64,000 nt of DNA, taken from the NCBI GenBank assembly GCA_021811735.1, contig JAJZNK010000025.1, positions 69,400 to 133,399 on the forward strand. Direction: 5' to 3'. Under the pieces are notes generated by a model. It had not been told where the DNA came from and searched no databases. It was given only the letters and a program-made list of their open reading frames with translations. Of the stretch, positions 15,722-25,285 are shown piece by piece; the first letter of the stretch is position 1, and every line of letters begins with the position of its first letter. The stretch is from Nanobdellota archaeon. GTDB taxonomy: Archaea; Nanobdellota; Nanobdellia; Parvarchaeales; Parvarchaeaceae. A program made the position numbers and the translations under genes.

Positions 15722-17842
15722 ATGGAAGATTTAAGTGGTTTCAATGGTCTGATACCGGAGAAAATATACGAGAAACTAGCCTTAAAGATAGAACACTTCA
15801 CTCCTCCACAGTCTTCCGCCATCCAAAAAGGGTTGTTTGAAGGCAAGAATATGATAATATCCGCACCAACGGCATCGGGCAAGACGTTGATTGCCGAGAT
15901 GGCGATAATGAATTCTTTATTGGCAGGTAAAAAGGCAATTTATCTCGCACCCTTGAGAGCACTGATATCCGAAAAGTATGAGGATTTTTCCAGGGAAAAC
16001 CGTGACGTGAAATGTCTGCTTTCCATAGGAGACTATACTGATAAAGACTACAACATTGACAAATATGATGTAATATTTGCGTCCACAGAAAAATTTGACA
16101 GCATAATAAGGAATTCATTGAATAAAGTTGGGAATATAGGGTGCGTAATATATGATGAGATCCATCTTCTTTCTGACATCGGGAGAGGACCAACGCTCGA
16201 GTTTCTAGTAACAATCAACAGGAGGTTGTTTCCCAACGCGCAGATAATCGGATTAAGCGCCACCATAGGTAACGCGGATGAACTTGCAGAGTGGCTGTCA
16301 GCTGAATTGGTAGAAAGCGATTTTCGCCCGGTTAAACTCTCAAAGAAGAAATATTTTGACGGCGAACTGATAAACGGAAAAGCGGAGAAAATAACCAGTG
16401 GGTATGATGATCCTCTGTCAAATCTATCTTCATGGCTTTTCAAGGAGCGGAGACAGGCACTGGTTTTTTCACAGAATAAAAGGACAGTAGTTGCAAATGC
16501 AAAGACTATTGCGTCTATTATAGGCGGTAAACTCTTCAAAGAGGAAAAAGAAAAATTGCTTGCCGTTTCTAAGGACATACTGGGTGTTCTGGAAAGACCA
16601 ACAACACAATGTGAAATCTTGGGAGATCTGGTGAAAAATGGCGTTGCATTCCATCACGCAGGATTGGTAAATAAACAGAGAAAGCTTGTAGAAGACAGTT
16701 TCAAGTCAGGATTAATCAAGTTTATAGTAGCTACACCCACTCTCGCAATGGGCGTCAACCTTCCTGCCAATACCGTAATTATAAACTCCATAAGAAGGTA
16801 CGGGGGTTCTGGGATGGAATTACTTCCATCAATAGAAGTTGAACAGATGATGGGGAGGGCTGGCAGGCCAAAATACGACAAGGAGGGGAATTCTATAATA
16901 GTTGCAAGGAACGAATCAGAATTGGACTTGATAGACGAAAAGTATCTGAGCGGTTTTATAGAGCCGATAACTTCGAAGTTTAACAGCGAAATGGCGATAA
17001 GGAAGTACACTTTGAACTTATTCTGCCTCGGCATATATGACAAATCCGAAAAAATATCTGACTTTTTTGACGGGACCTTTATGCATTTCACAGGTATAGA
17101 CGTTTACGATAAGATAAGCGATGCGGTTTCTTTCCTTCAGGAGAACGGCTTTATAGAGGAAAGATTCGGGAAAATAGAAGTCACAAGGATGGGAAAATTG
17201 ATAAATTCATTGTATATAGACCCCTTAACAGGTTCGTTATTCATAAATTTCGTTGAAAAGGCAAAGAAAAAGGACGAAATCGAGGAACTTGACCTGCTGC
17301 ACGTGATATTCTGTAGTGAAGAATTCAGAAATGTCAGGACTAACCAGAAGGAATTCCAGAAATACGAAGAGGAAAGCTACGAATTGAGTCTTTCTGCCGA
17401 CGAGAACATGGTCGATTATGATAGATTCGTTTCAGCCATAAAGATGGCCCATGTCATGCAAGACTGGGTTTCGGAAAAAAACGAAAAATATATGGAAGAG
17501 GAATATGGTCTATTACCAGGAGAATTTTATAATGTCTTGGAGAACACAAAATGGCTTGTATATTCATTGAAGGAAGTTGCCAAAGTACTTAATTTCAAGA
17601 AAAAAGACATCTTGGAGATGGAAATACGTGTTAAGAACGGCGTCAAGAAAGAACTGATCCCCCTCATATCCGTCCCTGATATTGGAAGAGTAAGAGCCAG
17701 AAAACTTTACGGTTCTGGGATAGTCTCCTTAAAACTGCTTAAAGATCAGAGGGTGGAAAGACTCTCAGCTCTTTTAGGTAAGGCTGTGGCGGCAAAAGTC
17801 TACTCCTATCTGCATAAGACTGAAAACTTGTTAACAGAATAG
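15722..17842 (+). CDS. hel308: Hel308/Hjm Ski2-like DNA helicase
   Basis: Motif I APTASGKT, DEIH box, motif VI QMMGRAGRP, C-terminal winged-helix/ratchet/HhH domains; 706 aa. Confidence 0.9.
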   Translation: MEDLSGFNGLIPEKIYEKLALKIEHFTPPQSSAIQKGLFEGKNMIISAPTASGKTLIAEMAIMNSLLAGKKAIYLAPLRALISEKYEDFSRENRDVKCLLSIGDYTDKDYNIDKYDVIFASTEKFDSIIRNSLNKVGNIGCVIYDEIHLLSDIGRGPTLEFLVTINRRLFPNAQIIGLSATIGNADELAEWLSAELVESDFRPVKLSKKKYFDGELINGKAEKITSGYDDPLSNLSSWLFKERRQALVFSQNKRTVVANAKTIASIIGGKLFKEEKEKLLAVSKDILGVLERPTTQCEILGDLVKNGVAFHHAGLVNKQRKLVEDSFKSGLIKFIVATPTLAMGVNLPANTVIINSIRRYGGSGMELLPSIEVEQMMGRAGRPKYDKEGNSIIVARNESELDLIDEKYLSGFIEPITSKFNSEMAIRKYTLNLFCLGIYDKSEKISDFFDGTFMHFTGIDVYDKISDAVSFLQENGFIEERFGKIEVTRMGKLINSLYIDPLTGSLFINFVEKAKKKDEIEELDLLHVIFCSEEFRNVRTNQKEFQKYEEESYELSLSADENMVDYDRFVSAIKMAHVMQDWVSEKNEKYMEEEYGLLPGEFYNVLENTKWLVYSLKEVAKVLNFKKKDILEMEIRVKNGVKKELIPLISVPDIGRVRARKLYGSGIVSLKLLKDQRVERLSALLGKAVAAKVYSYLHKTENLLTE

Positions 17843-17876
17843 AAAAGTATTTCTTTTAACGTTTTTATAAAAGAGT

Positions 17877-18488
17877 ATGAAAATATTAGCAGCTTCTGAT
17901 ATACATGGGGACATTAAAGCAGCTGAGTCGCTTGCGAAAAGGGCGAAGAAAGAAAAGGCTGATCTAATAATACTAGCAGGTGATTTATCTGTGTTCGGTA
18001 ACGGTCTAGAGGGCCTTTTGAAGCCATTCAAGGATGCGAACAAAAAAGTTGCAATCATACCTGGGAACCACGATAGCGAGGCTGACATATTCATGCTAAA
18101 GAAAAGATATCCTGATACTATTTATGATCTCCATGGGTATTCATTTAAGATGGGAGACATAGGCTTTTTCGGTTGCGGTCTGGCAAATATCGGGCCAAAT
18201 GAACTTTCAGAGGAGGAAATAAAGGATAGAATACAAGCGTCTTATAATTACATAAAAAGTGCAAAGAAGAAGGTAATGGTCGTGCATGTTCCACCTTATA
18301 ACACAAAATTAGATACTCTTGGGAAGAATATGAAGATTGGTAGCACCGCTGTGAGAGAAATGATAGAAAAAACAAAACCAGATACTTGTATCTGTGGGCA
18401 TATACATGAGACTTTCAGTCTAGAAGATAAGCTGGGAAACACAAGGGTTATAAATGCCGGCCCGAAAGGGAAGATAATAGAGATATAG
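17877..18488 (+). CDS. Calcineurin-like metallophosphoesterase
   Basis: SDIHGD, LAGDL, GNHD and GHIHE motifs; 203 aa. Confidence 0.75.
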   Translation: MKILAASDIHGDIKAAESLAKRAKKEKADLIILAGDLSVFGNGLEGLLKPFKDANKKVAIIPGNHDSEADIFMLKKRYPDTIYDLHGYSFKMGDIGFFGCGLANIGPNELSEEEIKDRIQASYNYIKSAKKKVMVVHVPPYNTKLDTLGKNMKIGSTAVREMIEKTKPDTCICGHIHETFSLEDKLGNTRVINAGPKGKIIEI

Positions 18489-18549
18489 CGGATAAGATGT
18501 TTATTCTTACGTCTTAAAGATATAAAAATGATGTCTTCTTACCTCATTA

Positions 18550-19053
18550 ATGACCAGGAATCTGGATAGTATAGTAGACGATAAAAATTCCAGCGGCTTT
18601 AGAAAGCTATTTAATGGAATTAAAAGTCTGTACGGCGAGTACGTGCCAGAGATAAGAGCTTATCTGGCTTCTATGGCAGGATTGTCCATAGGCGTAGCGA
18701 ACTGGAGTAAGGATTTTGGATATGACCACTCTGTAGGTCTCCCCTTTCTATATACCAATCTGGCAATCAATGGACCTATGTGGTATAATCTAGCCATGCT
18801 TCAGGAAGGTCTTACGGTGGCCACAGTGGCCGGATTGTCTAAAAACAAGCTAAAGGCAGCAGCCTATGCGTTTGCGTACGAAGCCGGAAGCGTTTTAAAT
18901 GCAATCCTGTATTATTCTGCGTTCTCCAATGAAACAGTCAACAATTACTACGGTAGAGCATGGAATACAGTTTTCTTTTTTTACCAAATCCCCATGTTTT
19001 TCATGCTGCTGAAACAGTATTTCGGTGCAAAGAAAAATAAGGATGGGGATTAA
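18550..19053 (+). CDS. Hypothetical membrane protein
   Basis: 167-aa ORF with several hydrophobic segments; no recognisable domain. Confidence 0.35.
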   Translation: MTRNLDSIVDDKNSSGFRKLFNGIKSLYGEYVPEIRAYLASMAGLSIGVANWSKDFGYDHSVGLPFLYTNLAINGPMWYNLAMLQEGLTVATVAGLSKNKLKAAAYAFAYEAGSVLNAILYYSAFSNETVNNYYGRAWNTVFFFYQIPMFFMLLKQYFGAKKNKDGD

Positions 19054-19661
19054 CCCAAAGATTTCCGATTTTTCCAAAAACTATCAAAGTCACAGAAGTG
19101 CATTTCACCACCAGCTATACAAGGGGCGGTTTTCTTCAATCCTAACCTTTGTAGAACGTTAAGGCCTGCAGAGGTGTAGGCATTTGCACCTATTTCCGAA
19201 AAGTAAACACCTTTTTGTTCTAATTCTTCAATCCTGGTAAAGAATGCATTAAGTAGAGGGTGTAGAAAACCCTTATGTTGCATTTCATCAATTATCCCTA
19301 TCATTATTATATAGAGAAAATACCTGCCAGGTTTGTTAATGTCGTCTAGGGTCTCGATGTTTATCAGCCCCTCAGGAAACGCACCGGTCTTGGCGATCTC
19401 AAAATATTTTTTCTTCATCGCTACGAATCTCAAGTATCCTATTATCTTATTTTCATTGTTTATCATCAAGACAAGACTATCAGGATATTTTTTTGTTATT
19501 TCTATCCAGTCTTCTGGGCTTCCTTCACTATCATAATTAAGATTTGGTATCAATTTGTAATCAAGCTGTACAAGTTTGGTTACTAATGAAGAAATCGTAA
19601 AGCCAATGCCGTGTATCTCTTTCAAAGGTATGCTTCTTACATTTTTCATGCTGCTATCCAT
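19050..19661 (-). CDS. Hypothetical protein, possibly a GNAT-fold acyltransferase
   Basis: IIMIGIIDEMQHKGFLHPLLNAFF weakly resembles GNAT motif A (Q/RxxGxG/A). Confidence 0.3.
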   Translation of the reverse strand: MDSSMKNVRSIPLKEIHGIGFTISSLVTKLVQLDYKLIPNLNYDSEGSPEDWIEITKKYPDSLVLMINNENKIIGYLRFVAMKKKYFEIAKTGAFPEGLINIETLDDINKPGRYFLYIIMIGIIDEMQHKGFLHPLLNAFFTRIEELEQKGVYFSEIGANAYTSAGLNVLQRLGLKKTAPCIAGGEMHFCDFDSFWKNRKSLG

Positions 19662-19832
19662 TATGCAGGGTCCTCCGATTAAATCACTGCAATTGTATTA
19701 AATAGCGTTTCTGAATAAATATTAAGATATCTTGTATTTTTGATTAGTCTGATTTGTTAATTAGTCTGTAAAAAGTTTATATAATAGATATCATCATCAA
19801 TTTTGATTAAAGAGGAGAGTTATTTTAATTGT

Positions 19833-21206
19833 ATGGAAAAAATACCGTACTGGGAAATTTGTAATAGTCTAATCGGTAAGAAAGGAGCCCCTCTGCCAGT
19901 ATATCTTGTAGAATATCAGATTACACCGGATAAAGTAACTAAGAATCCGCTGCTTAACGTTGGAAAGGATTACATCGGTTATTTTTACGTAAACGCTATG
20001 CAGGTAATAGGTAAGAAAAATGGCGTGGCGAACGGGCCGATACTTGCAAAACCTTATGGTGGTAGGGCAATCTCGCTGGCGGGGGAAGACAACATTACTC
20101 TTGGGAACAACGAATATACTCTAAACGTCAAAGGCGCCGGAACATTGGCATTCATGGAAGGTTTTAAGTATGAGGACAATGGATACAACAAAATGAGATT
20201 ATACAACGATGATGAGGACATCGATGGTCACGACCACATTGTATGGACAAGAGAAACAGGAATGCCCGGGTTTTCTTATATTACCGATAGTGGGAAGTTC
20301 AAGTTGACATCATTGATAACCGATTTGGATTTCGATAGTGGTAGCAGGGGAGCACATAGACCAATAGGCGGACAAGACCCCTATATAGCCAGTGAGGCTC
20401 TGAAAAGCTCCATATCAATGAAAAAAGACAAAGTAAAGATAAATTTTTGCCCTGTGTTATCAACAGTCGAAATGGATCTGCAAGATTACACAAAAACGAT
20501 GTGTAACGATGAAAAAGACAAATGCCAAACGATAAAAAAGCCCAGATATGCACAGGAGATACGGTTGGTGCCTTCCAATGTTAGGATAGATTCCCCAGAT
20601 TATCCAGTTGGGATACTTTCCATTAATAAACATTCAGATGCCATAAGGCAGGATCTCGCAGATAAATCAGTAGATATCAACGAGTTCGTTAAAAATGTAG
20701 TGGATACTTCAAAGCAAATATATTTTTTACCATATTTTTCGAGAGAGGAAAGTTCGTTCAATAGGTATAACTCTTATACCTTCTCCCATTCTGATGTACC
20801 TTCGGATACTTCTCTTGATAGCAAAGGGAACGCCTTCTACACTGATTTAGAGAGTATAGACAGAACAGACATATCGAAGCTTGAACTTCTTCTCAAGACA
20901 GCAGGAGTAGTATACGACACCGCTGATGAAGGGATACCCGCATTCATCTATACGCTTCTTATAGCAAATCGTTTGTGTTACAGTGAAAAGGCAGGAAACG
21001 TTAGGGAGACGTTAAAGAGGGCAAAAGAAGACTATGGAAATAGTTTTGACGGGTTCCTTTCACCAGAAAGTTATATAAAAATAAATCCTGACGATAAAAC
21101 AATCATTTCACACGTAGAAATCGACGGTGAAGGCATAACAGTAAAAACCAGGTTCAACGGGAAAAAGTTGCAATATCATTCTATGATAATAAACGACAGT
21201 TTCTGA
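19833..21206 (+). CDS. Large orphan hypothetical protein
   Basis: Long ORF (457 aa from MEKIPY; an alternative start at 19803 gives 467 aa). No motif I can name. Lies next to the tRNA-Arg gene. Confidence 0.4.
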   Translation: MEKIPYWEICNSLIGKKGAPLPVYLVEYQITPDKVTKNPLLNVGKDYIGYFYVNAMQVIGKKNGVANGPILAKPYGGRAISLAGEDNITLGNNEYTLNVKGAGTLAFMEGFKYEDNGYNKMRLYNDDEDIDGHDHIVWTRETGMPGFSYITDSGKFKLTSLITDLDFDSGSRGAHRPIGGQDPYIASEALKSSISMKKDKVKINFCPVLSTVEMDLQDYTKTMCNDEKDKCQTIKKPRYAQEIRLVPSNVRIDSPDYPVGILSINKHSDAIRQDLADKSVDINEFVKNVVDTSKQIYFLPYFSREESSFNRYNSYTFSHSDVPSDTSLDSKGNAFYTDLESIDRTDISKLELLLKTAGVVYDTADEGIPAFIYTLLIANRLCYSEKAGNVRETLKRAKEDYGNSFDGFLSPESYIKINPDDKTIISHVEIDGEGITVKTRFNGKKLQYHSMIINDSF

Positions 21207-21238
21207 TAAAGATTCAATAAAAAGTGATTAAAGATTTA

Positions 21239-21330
21239 TGGGCCCACTGGGATTTGAACCCAGATCAGATGGTTACTTCCATCTGAGGCATTCGAAGCCA
21301 TCGATTCTATCCAAGTTAGACTATGGGCCC
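21239..21330 (-). tRNA. tRNA-Arg (anticodon UCG) with an ~18-nt intron; alternative reading tRNA-Ser(CGA) with a long variable arm
   Basis: Reverse complement: acceptor GGGCCCA/TGGGCCC, anticodon stem GATGG/CCATC, loop CTTCGA|intron ATGCCTCAGATGGAAGTA|A, T-arm CTGGG-TTCAAAT-CCCAG, discriminator A. The intron pairs CAGATGG with exon CCATCTG. Confidence 0.55.
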
Positions 21331-21456
21331 ATAGAATTCCTATGCAGTAAACGTATTTAGCTTTAGCATCTATTCTCGAATCAAATACGTTTTTATGTTA
21401 TATAACGGCAAATACGGACTTTAAGCTTTTTATACTAGTTAAAATCTAAGACTTTA

Positions 21457-21969
21457 ATGGAAACCGATGAAAAATCGGATGTGAGATGGGAAGCATATTA
21501 TCTATTGAAGCTAGTCATTGGTGACAAACTAGAAGGATTGTCGTCCATAAATGCAATAACAAATAAAATTTATTCCAATATATTTGAAGAGCGGAAGAAA
21601 TATGGGAAAAAATATGGTTTACAGAGTTCCCTGGAAGGTATAGCATTCGAACTGCAAGATTATATCGAAAAATGTGATGAGGCATCATTTGATAGCGGGA
21701 AAAATTTCAGAAAATATTCAGTGCGGCCCTATCTATCTGAGGAGGTTTTTGATATGTTAGAGACCTTCATAGACTATTCTTTTGATGTATATGGTATAGA
21801 CAACGTTTCTGTAAAGGTCTTACCATCTAGGAATGCGGAACAGAGGAAAGCGGTCAAAGTAAAGCAAGGTCTTGACAGTATACTCGATGCAATGTGTTCT
21901 ACAGAATTCGTTTTTGATACGGAGGATTGCGTGTCATTCTCCGATAAAAACAAACTCATAAAGTTATAA
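21457..21969 (+). CDS. Hypothetical protein
   Basis: 170-aa ORF, acidic, no recognisable domain. Confidence 0.35.
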   Translation: METDEKSDVRWEAYYLLKLVIGDKLEGLSSINAITNKIYSNIFEERKKYGKKYGLQSSLEGIAFELQDYIEKCDEASFDSGKNFRKYSVRPYLSEEVFDMLETFIDYSFDVYGIDNVSVKVLPSRNAEQRKAVKVKQGLDSILDAMCSTEFVFDTEDCVSFSDKNKLIKL

Positions 21970-22003
21970 AAAAATATAAATACTCTGTTATTATCTGATA
22001 GTT

Positions 22004-22279
22004 ATGGTTTCAAAGGACGATTCGAGAGATAGTGTAAATAAATTGTTCTTGCATGATAAGCCATTTCTTCTTTTGAAAGTCATAAACGATAGCCGCTCTC
22101 CAGTATACGCCGCTAGTATCTCTAAAAAGATAGATTGCAGTTATGCCTACATAGTCAGGCTGATAAAGATAATGAATAAGATGGATATAACTTACTTTGA
22201 AGGAAATAATCATAAAAAGATTATAAACCTCACTCCAAAGGGCAAAAAGATATTCAAGCTATTATCAGAAATAAACTAA
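22004..22279 (+). CDS. Small winged-helix DNA-binding protein
   Basis: 91 aa; RSPVYAASISKKIDCSYAYIVRLIKIM helix-turn-helix-like, then a wing (INLTPKGKK). Confidence 0.4.
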   Translation: MVSKDDSRDSVNKLFLHDKPFLLLKVINDSRSPVYAASISKKIDCSYAYIVRLIKIMNKMDITYFEGNNHKKIINLTPKGKKIFKLLSEIN

Positions 22280-22747
22280 TCAATTCCCTTTTTCTACGGC
22301 TTTAGCATACTCTTCTATTTTACTCAAAGTTCTGTCTATTATGTATGGTTTTACGAAGCTCGTCATTATCTCATCTAGTTTCATATTCTCCCTAACTCTG
22401 TAAAAACTGTTTCGCCGTTCGACGATGCCAACCGAAATAAGTTTTCTCAGGTCCCTGAGTATGTTGGCGTAGACTATTCTCACCTTCTTTTTATAAAGCT
22501 CTTTTATAATCTCATAACTATCCATCCCATTAGGTCTTTTTTTTCTTGCTTTAAGAAGAATATCAAGTATGTAAACTATAGCTATCCTGCTTTCTCCAGG
22601 TCTTACAAGACCGAGTGAAATGCATAGTCTCCTTATATTCGTGTTATAATCATTCGTTGGTCTTTCAAACTCATTCAACGAAATACCACTCAAAGGCCTG
22701 TCTTTGTACAGCCTCTCTGTTATTTTTTTGGTTCCTTTACTGTCCAT
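22280..22747 (-). CDS. Winged-helix transcriptional regulator
   Basis: 155 aa; MDSYEIIKELYKK...RIVYANILRDLRKLISVGIVERRNSFYRV, typical of PadR/MarR-like wHTH. Confidence 0.4.
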   Translation of the reverse strand: MDSKGTKKITERLYKDRPLSGISLNEFERPTNDYNTNIRRLCISLGLVRPGESRIAIVYILDILLKARKKRPNGMDSYEIIKELYKKKVRIVYANILRDLRKLISVGIVERRNSFYRVRENMKLDEIMTSFVKPYIIDRTLSKIEEYAKAVEKGN

Positions 22748-22750
22748 GGA

Positions 22751-24046
22751 TTATTTTTTATCTTCCGAGTCTTTAGAATACAGTTTATTCTGCATTTCAA
22801 TTATCTCATCTTTTGTAGCGAAAAATGACAGGCTATTACTGATTTTATTTACAGTTCCATCAAGTTCTGTTATACGCTTGTTTAGTTCATTCATTTTTCC
22901 GCTGAAGTCTATAAATCTGTTCATACTTGAACTTACTTGATTAAACATAACCTCCATCTTCGATGTCTGAGCATTTATCCTATTCTCACTTTCTTCCATG
23001 TTCTTATAGACATTTTCTACATTTTCAAATAGTTTTGCCGCGTTTTTGACTACCGCTAGAGAATTCACTCTATTTGATAGTTCGGTAAGAGATTTTGAAA
23101 AATTGCTGCTTGTGTCAACCAGTTTCTCCACCTCTCCAGCTACGACCTCTGTTTTGTCTTGGGTTTTTCTTAGCTCTATAGCAAATTCCGTTGGATTATA
23201 AGTGGTTATAGAAGAAAGAGTTGATCTTGCGCTATTCATAAAATCGTTTATATGGTTCTGGGTATCAGTTACTCCTTTTTGTATATTTTCAAATTCATTA
23301 CTTACAGTTTCTATCTTTAGATTTATACCATTTATTTCAACAGTAAGGGAATTTGCAGTGTTTATTATCTTATCAAATTTGCCCTCTGCATCGACTCTAT
23401 ATTTCTTTAGATCGTTTATATCATCAGAAAAAGAGCTAATAGCAGGTAAAGAAGAGGATATAGTCTCATTCAGTTTGTCTATTTTCTGCTGCATTTCATT
23501 ATCCACACCAGATAGATTCGAAGCCATTTCCTTTACATTTTGTATTGTTACTTCATATTGGTGATTTAGTTCGCTAATGCCATCTCCTAGTCTTTTTAAG
23601 TTATCACTATAATCTTTGTCCTTAATGTTTATTGCCCTTGCAACGCCGTTGAAGTTCTCCACAGATTTATTTATGCTATTGGATGTTTCTTCAATGTTAG
23701 ACTTTAGAACGTCTACTGCCTTATTCAACTGGTCTATCTTTGAGGCCGAGTCATTGTATGCATTATTCATCTTTCCTATCGAAGAATTAAATGCTTCTAT
23801 CGCGTTGTTCAATGCGTTTGAAAGCGAATTTACATCAGAACTTATTCTTGATACGTTGGCTTTTAAATCTTCTACTTGCTCATTATTATTTATTTTCCTG
23901 TCAAGCATTATATTTTGCTGGTTCAGTGTGCTTATCTTACTATACAGATCAGATATAAGGGCGCTTATAGAATTACTAGATTTATCAACATCCTTTATGT
24001 AAGATTCGTAATTCATAGGCGAATTTTGACCGGGATTTACTTCCAT
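22751..24046 (-). CDS. Long coiled-coil protein (N/S/K/E-rich heptad repeats), function unknown
   Basis: 431 aa, almost entirely alpha-helical heptad pattern (..N..S..L..) with internal quasi-repeats. No signal peptide, TM segment, ATPase motif or MCP signalling motif. Confidence 0.5.
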   Translation of the reverse strand: MEVNPGQNSPMNYESYIKDVDKSSNSISALISDLYSKISTLNQQNIMLDRKINNNEQVEDLKANVSRISSDVNSLSNALNNAIEAFNSSIGKMNNAYNDSASKIDQLNKAVDVLKSNIEETSNSINKSVENFNGVARAINIKDKDYSDNLKRLGDGISELNHQYEVTIQNVKEMASNLSGVDNEMQQKIDKLNETISSSLPAISSFSDDINDLKKYRVDAEGKFDKIINTANSLTVEINGINLKIETVSNEFENIQKGVTDTQNHINDFMNSARSTLSSITTYNPTEFAIELRKTQDKTEVVAGEVEKLVDTSSNFSKSLTELSNRVNSLAVVKNAAKLFENVENVYKNMEESENRINAQTSKMEVMFNQVSSSMNRFIDFSGKMNELNKRITELDGTVNKISNSLSFFATKDEIIEMQNKLYSKDSEDKK

Positions 24047-24169
24047 AAGGTTTACTGCTCTTTTTTATATTTAAATCTTTAAATGACTTATGATTACTTT
24101 ATGAACGTGAAATAGGCAGACCGCACAGTTTATAGGCGATATCTTTAATGAGCTTATACTTACTAACAT

Positions 24170-25081
24170 CTATACTGCATGAGTATTTTGCAACTCAATT
24201 TTGAGTTTACAAGCTTCACAAGTCTCCATAACTGATGGAAAGCCACAATGTTTGCACTTATTTATTTTCTGTGCTGTAATAGTCTTCCTGCTTTCCTTTA
24301 TTTTTAGCATAGTATCTATAACACTTCTCTTTGATCCAGAATACTCTGTTTCAAACCGTTTTACGTTTCTTGATATCATACCACGAAAGCCATAACCAGC
24401 GTAAGGACACGGAGTATGTATTGCGTCTATGCCATTTAGAATAGAAAACAGCATAGTTTCTTTCTCGCTCAGAAATATAAAAGGTTTTATCCTCGGGACA
24501 AAATCTTCGTCCCTTACAACGCCAGAATACGCGCCTAATCTAATCATTTTCTGTACGTCATTTTGCACGAGATTCATTATTACATTCTCAGCCTCATCAT
24601 CCATATTATGCGCTGTTGCCACTTTGTCTGCTTTGGCTTCCTTAGCAGCGTAGTTTATCAAGTATCTTCGAAGGACCCCACATGTTGAACATGGTATGCC
24701 TTTTTTAATGGTTGCTATCGAATCCATAGTCTTCCCAGTTAATTCTTTGTAAGTGTATATCTGGTAGTCTACGCCGAACTGATTGCAGTATCTTTTCATT
24801 ATTTCTATAGTTTTATCTCTATATCCAGTTATTCCTTCGTCTATAGTTATAGAGATTATATCATTGGAGCTTTTGAAATATTTAGACAGTATATACAGGA
24901 GGGAGAGTGAATCTTTTCCACCCGAGTTAGCCACTGCAATCTTTTCCCCATTTTTTATAAGTTCATATCTTTTGATGGTTTCCAGCGTTAGTTTCTCAAA
25001 ATTATCCTTGAAATGGTCTGCACAGAAGGTACCGTTATTAGTTGATATTACAGCTACGTTGTCACACGTTTCGCATTCCAT
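24170..25081 (-). CDS. ncsA: tRNA 2-thiolation PP-loop ATPase (NcsA/TtuA/Ctu1 family)
   Basis: N-terminal Zn finger CETCDN...CADH, PP-loop SGGKDS, central CSTCG, C-terminal CKHCG...CEAC. Start overlaps the SAMP stop (TAATG). Confidence 0.8.
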   Translation of the reverse strand: MECETCDNVAVISTNNGTFCADHFKDNFEKLTLETIKRYELIKNGEKIAVANSGGKDSLSLLYILSKYFKSSNDIISITIDEGITGYRDKTIEIMKRYCNQFGVDYQIYTYKELTGKTMDSIATIKKGIPCSTCGVLRRYLINYAAKEAKADKVATAHNMDDEAENVIMNLVQNDVQKMIRLGAYSGVVRDEDFVPRIKPFIFLSEKETMLFSILNGIDAIHTPCPYAGYGFRGMISRNVKRFETEYSGSKRSVIDTMLKIKESRKTITAQKINKCKHCGFPSVMETCEACKLKIELQNTHAV

Positions 25082-25284
25082 TATCCTCCAGAGAATACTT
25101 CTATTACGCTTATTTCCTCGTTTTTGTCTAAGATCTCATCCTTTGTATATATCTTGCCATCCTTCCCTATCAATATAACAGAATCATCGTTTAATTCTAG
25201 TTTTTCTATTAATTCTTCCGCTTTTCCCAAATTCAAATGGACCATTTTATCCCCGAAATTTACGTTTTTTACTTTTATTTCCAT
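25081..25284 (-). CDS. Ubiquitin-like small archaeal modifier protein (SAMP/MoaD/ThiS beta-grasp), C-terminal Gly-Gly
   Basis: 67 aa ending ...VIEVFSGG*, immediately upstream of and translationally coupled to ncsA. Confidence 0.7.
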   Translation of the reverse strand: MEIKVKNVNFGDKMVHLNLGKAEELIEKLELNDDSVILIGKDGKIYTKDEILDKNEEISVIEVFSGG

Positions 25285-25285
25285 T

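Noticed and set aside
16048-17091. Several minus-strand ORFs inside hel308
   Set aside because: All antisense to a 706-aa helicase with intact motifs.
23202-24002. Two plus-strand ORFs (120 and 128 aa) inside the coiled-coil gene
   Set aside because: Antisense to a repetitive coiled-coil gene; hydrophobic, low-complexity translations with no start context.
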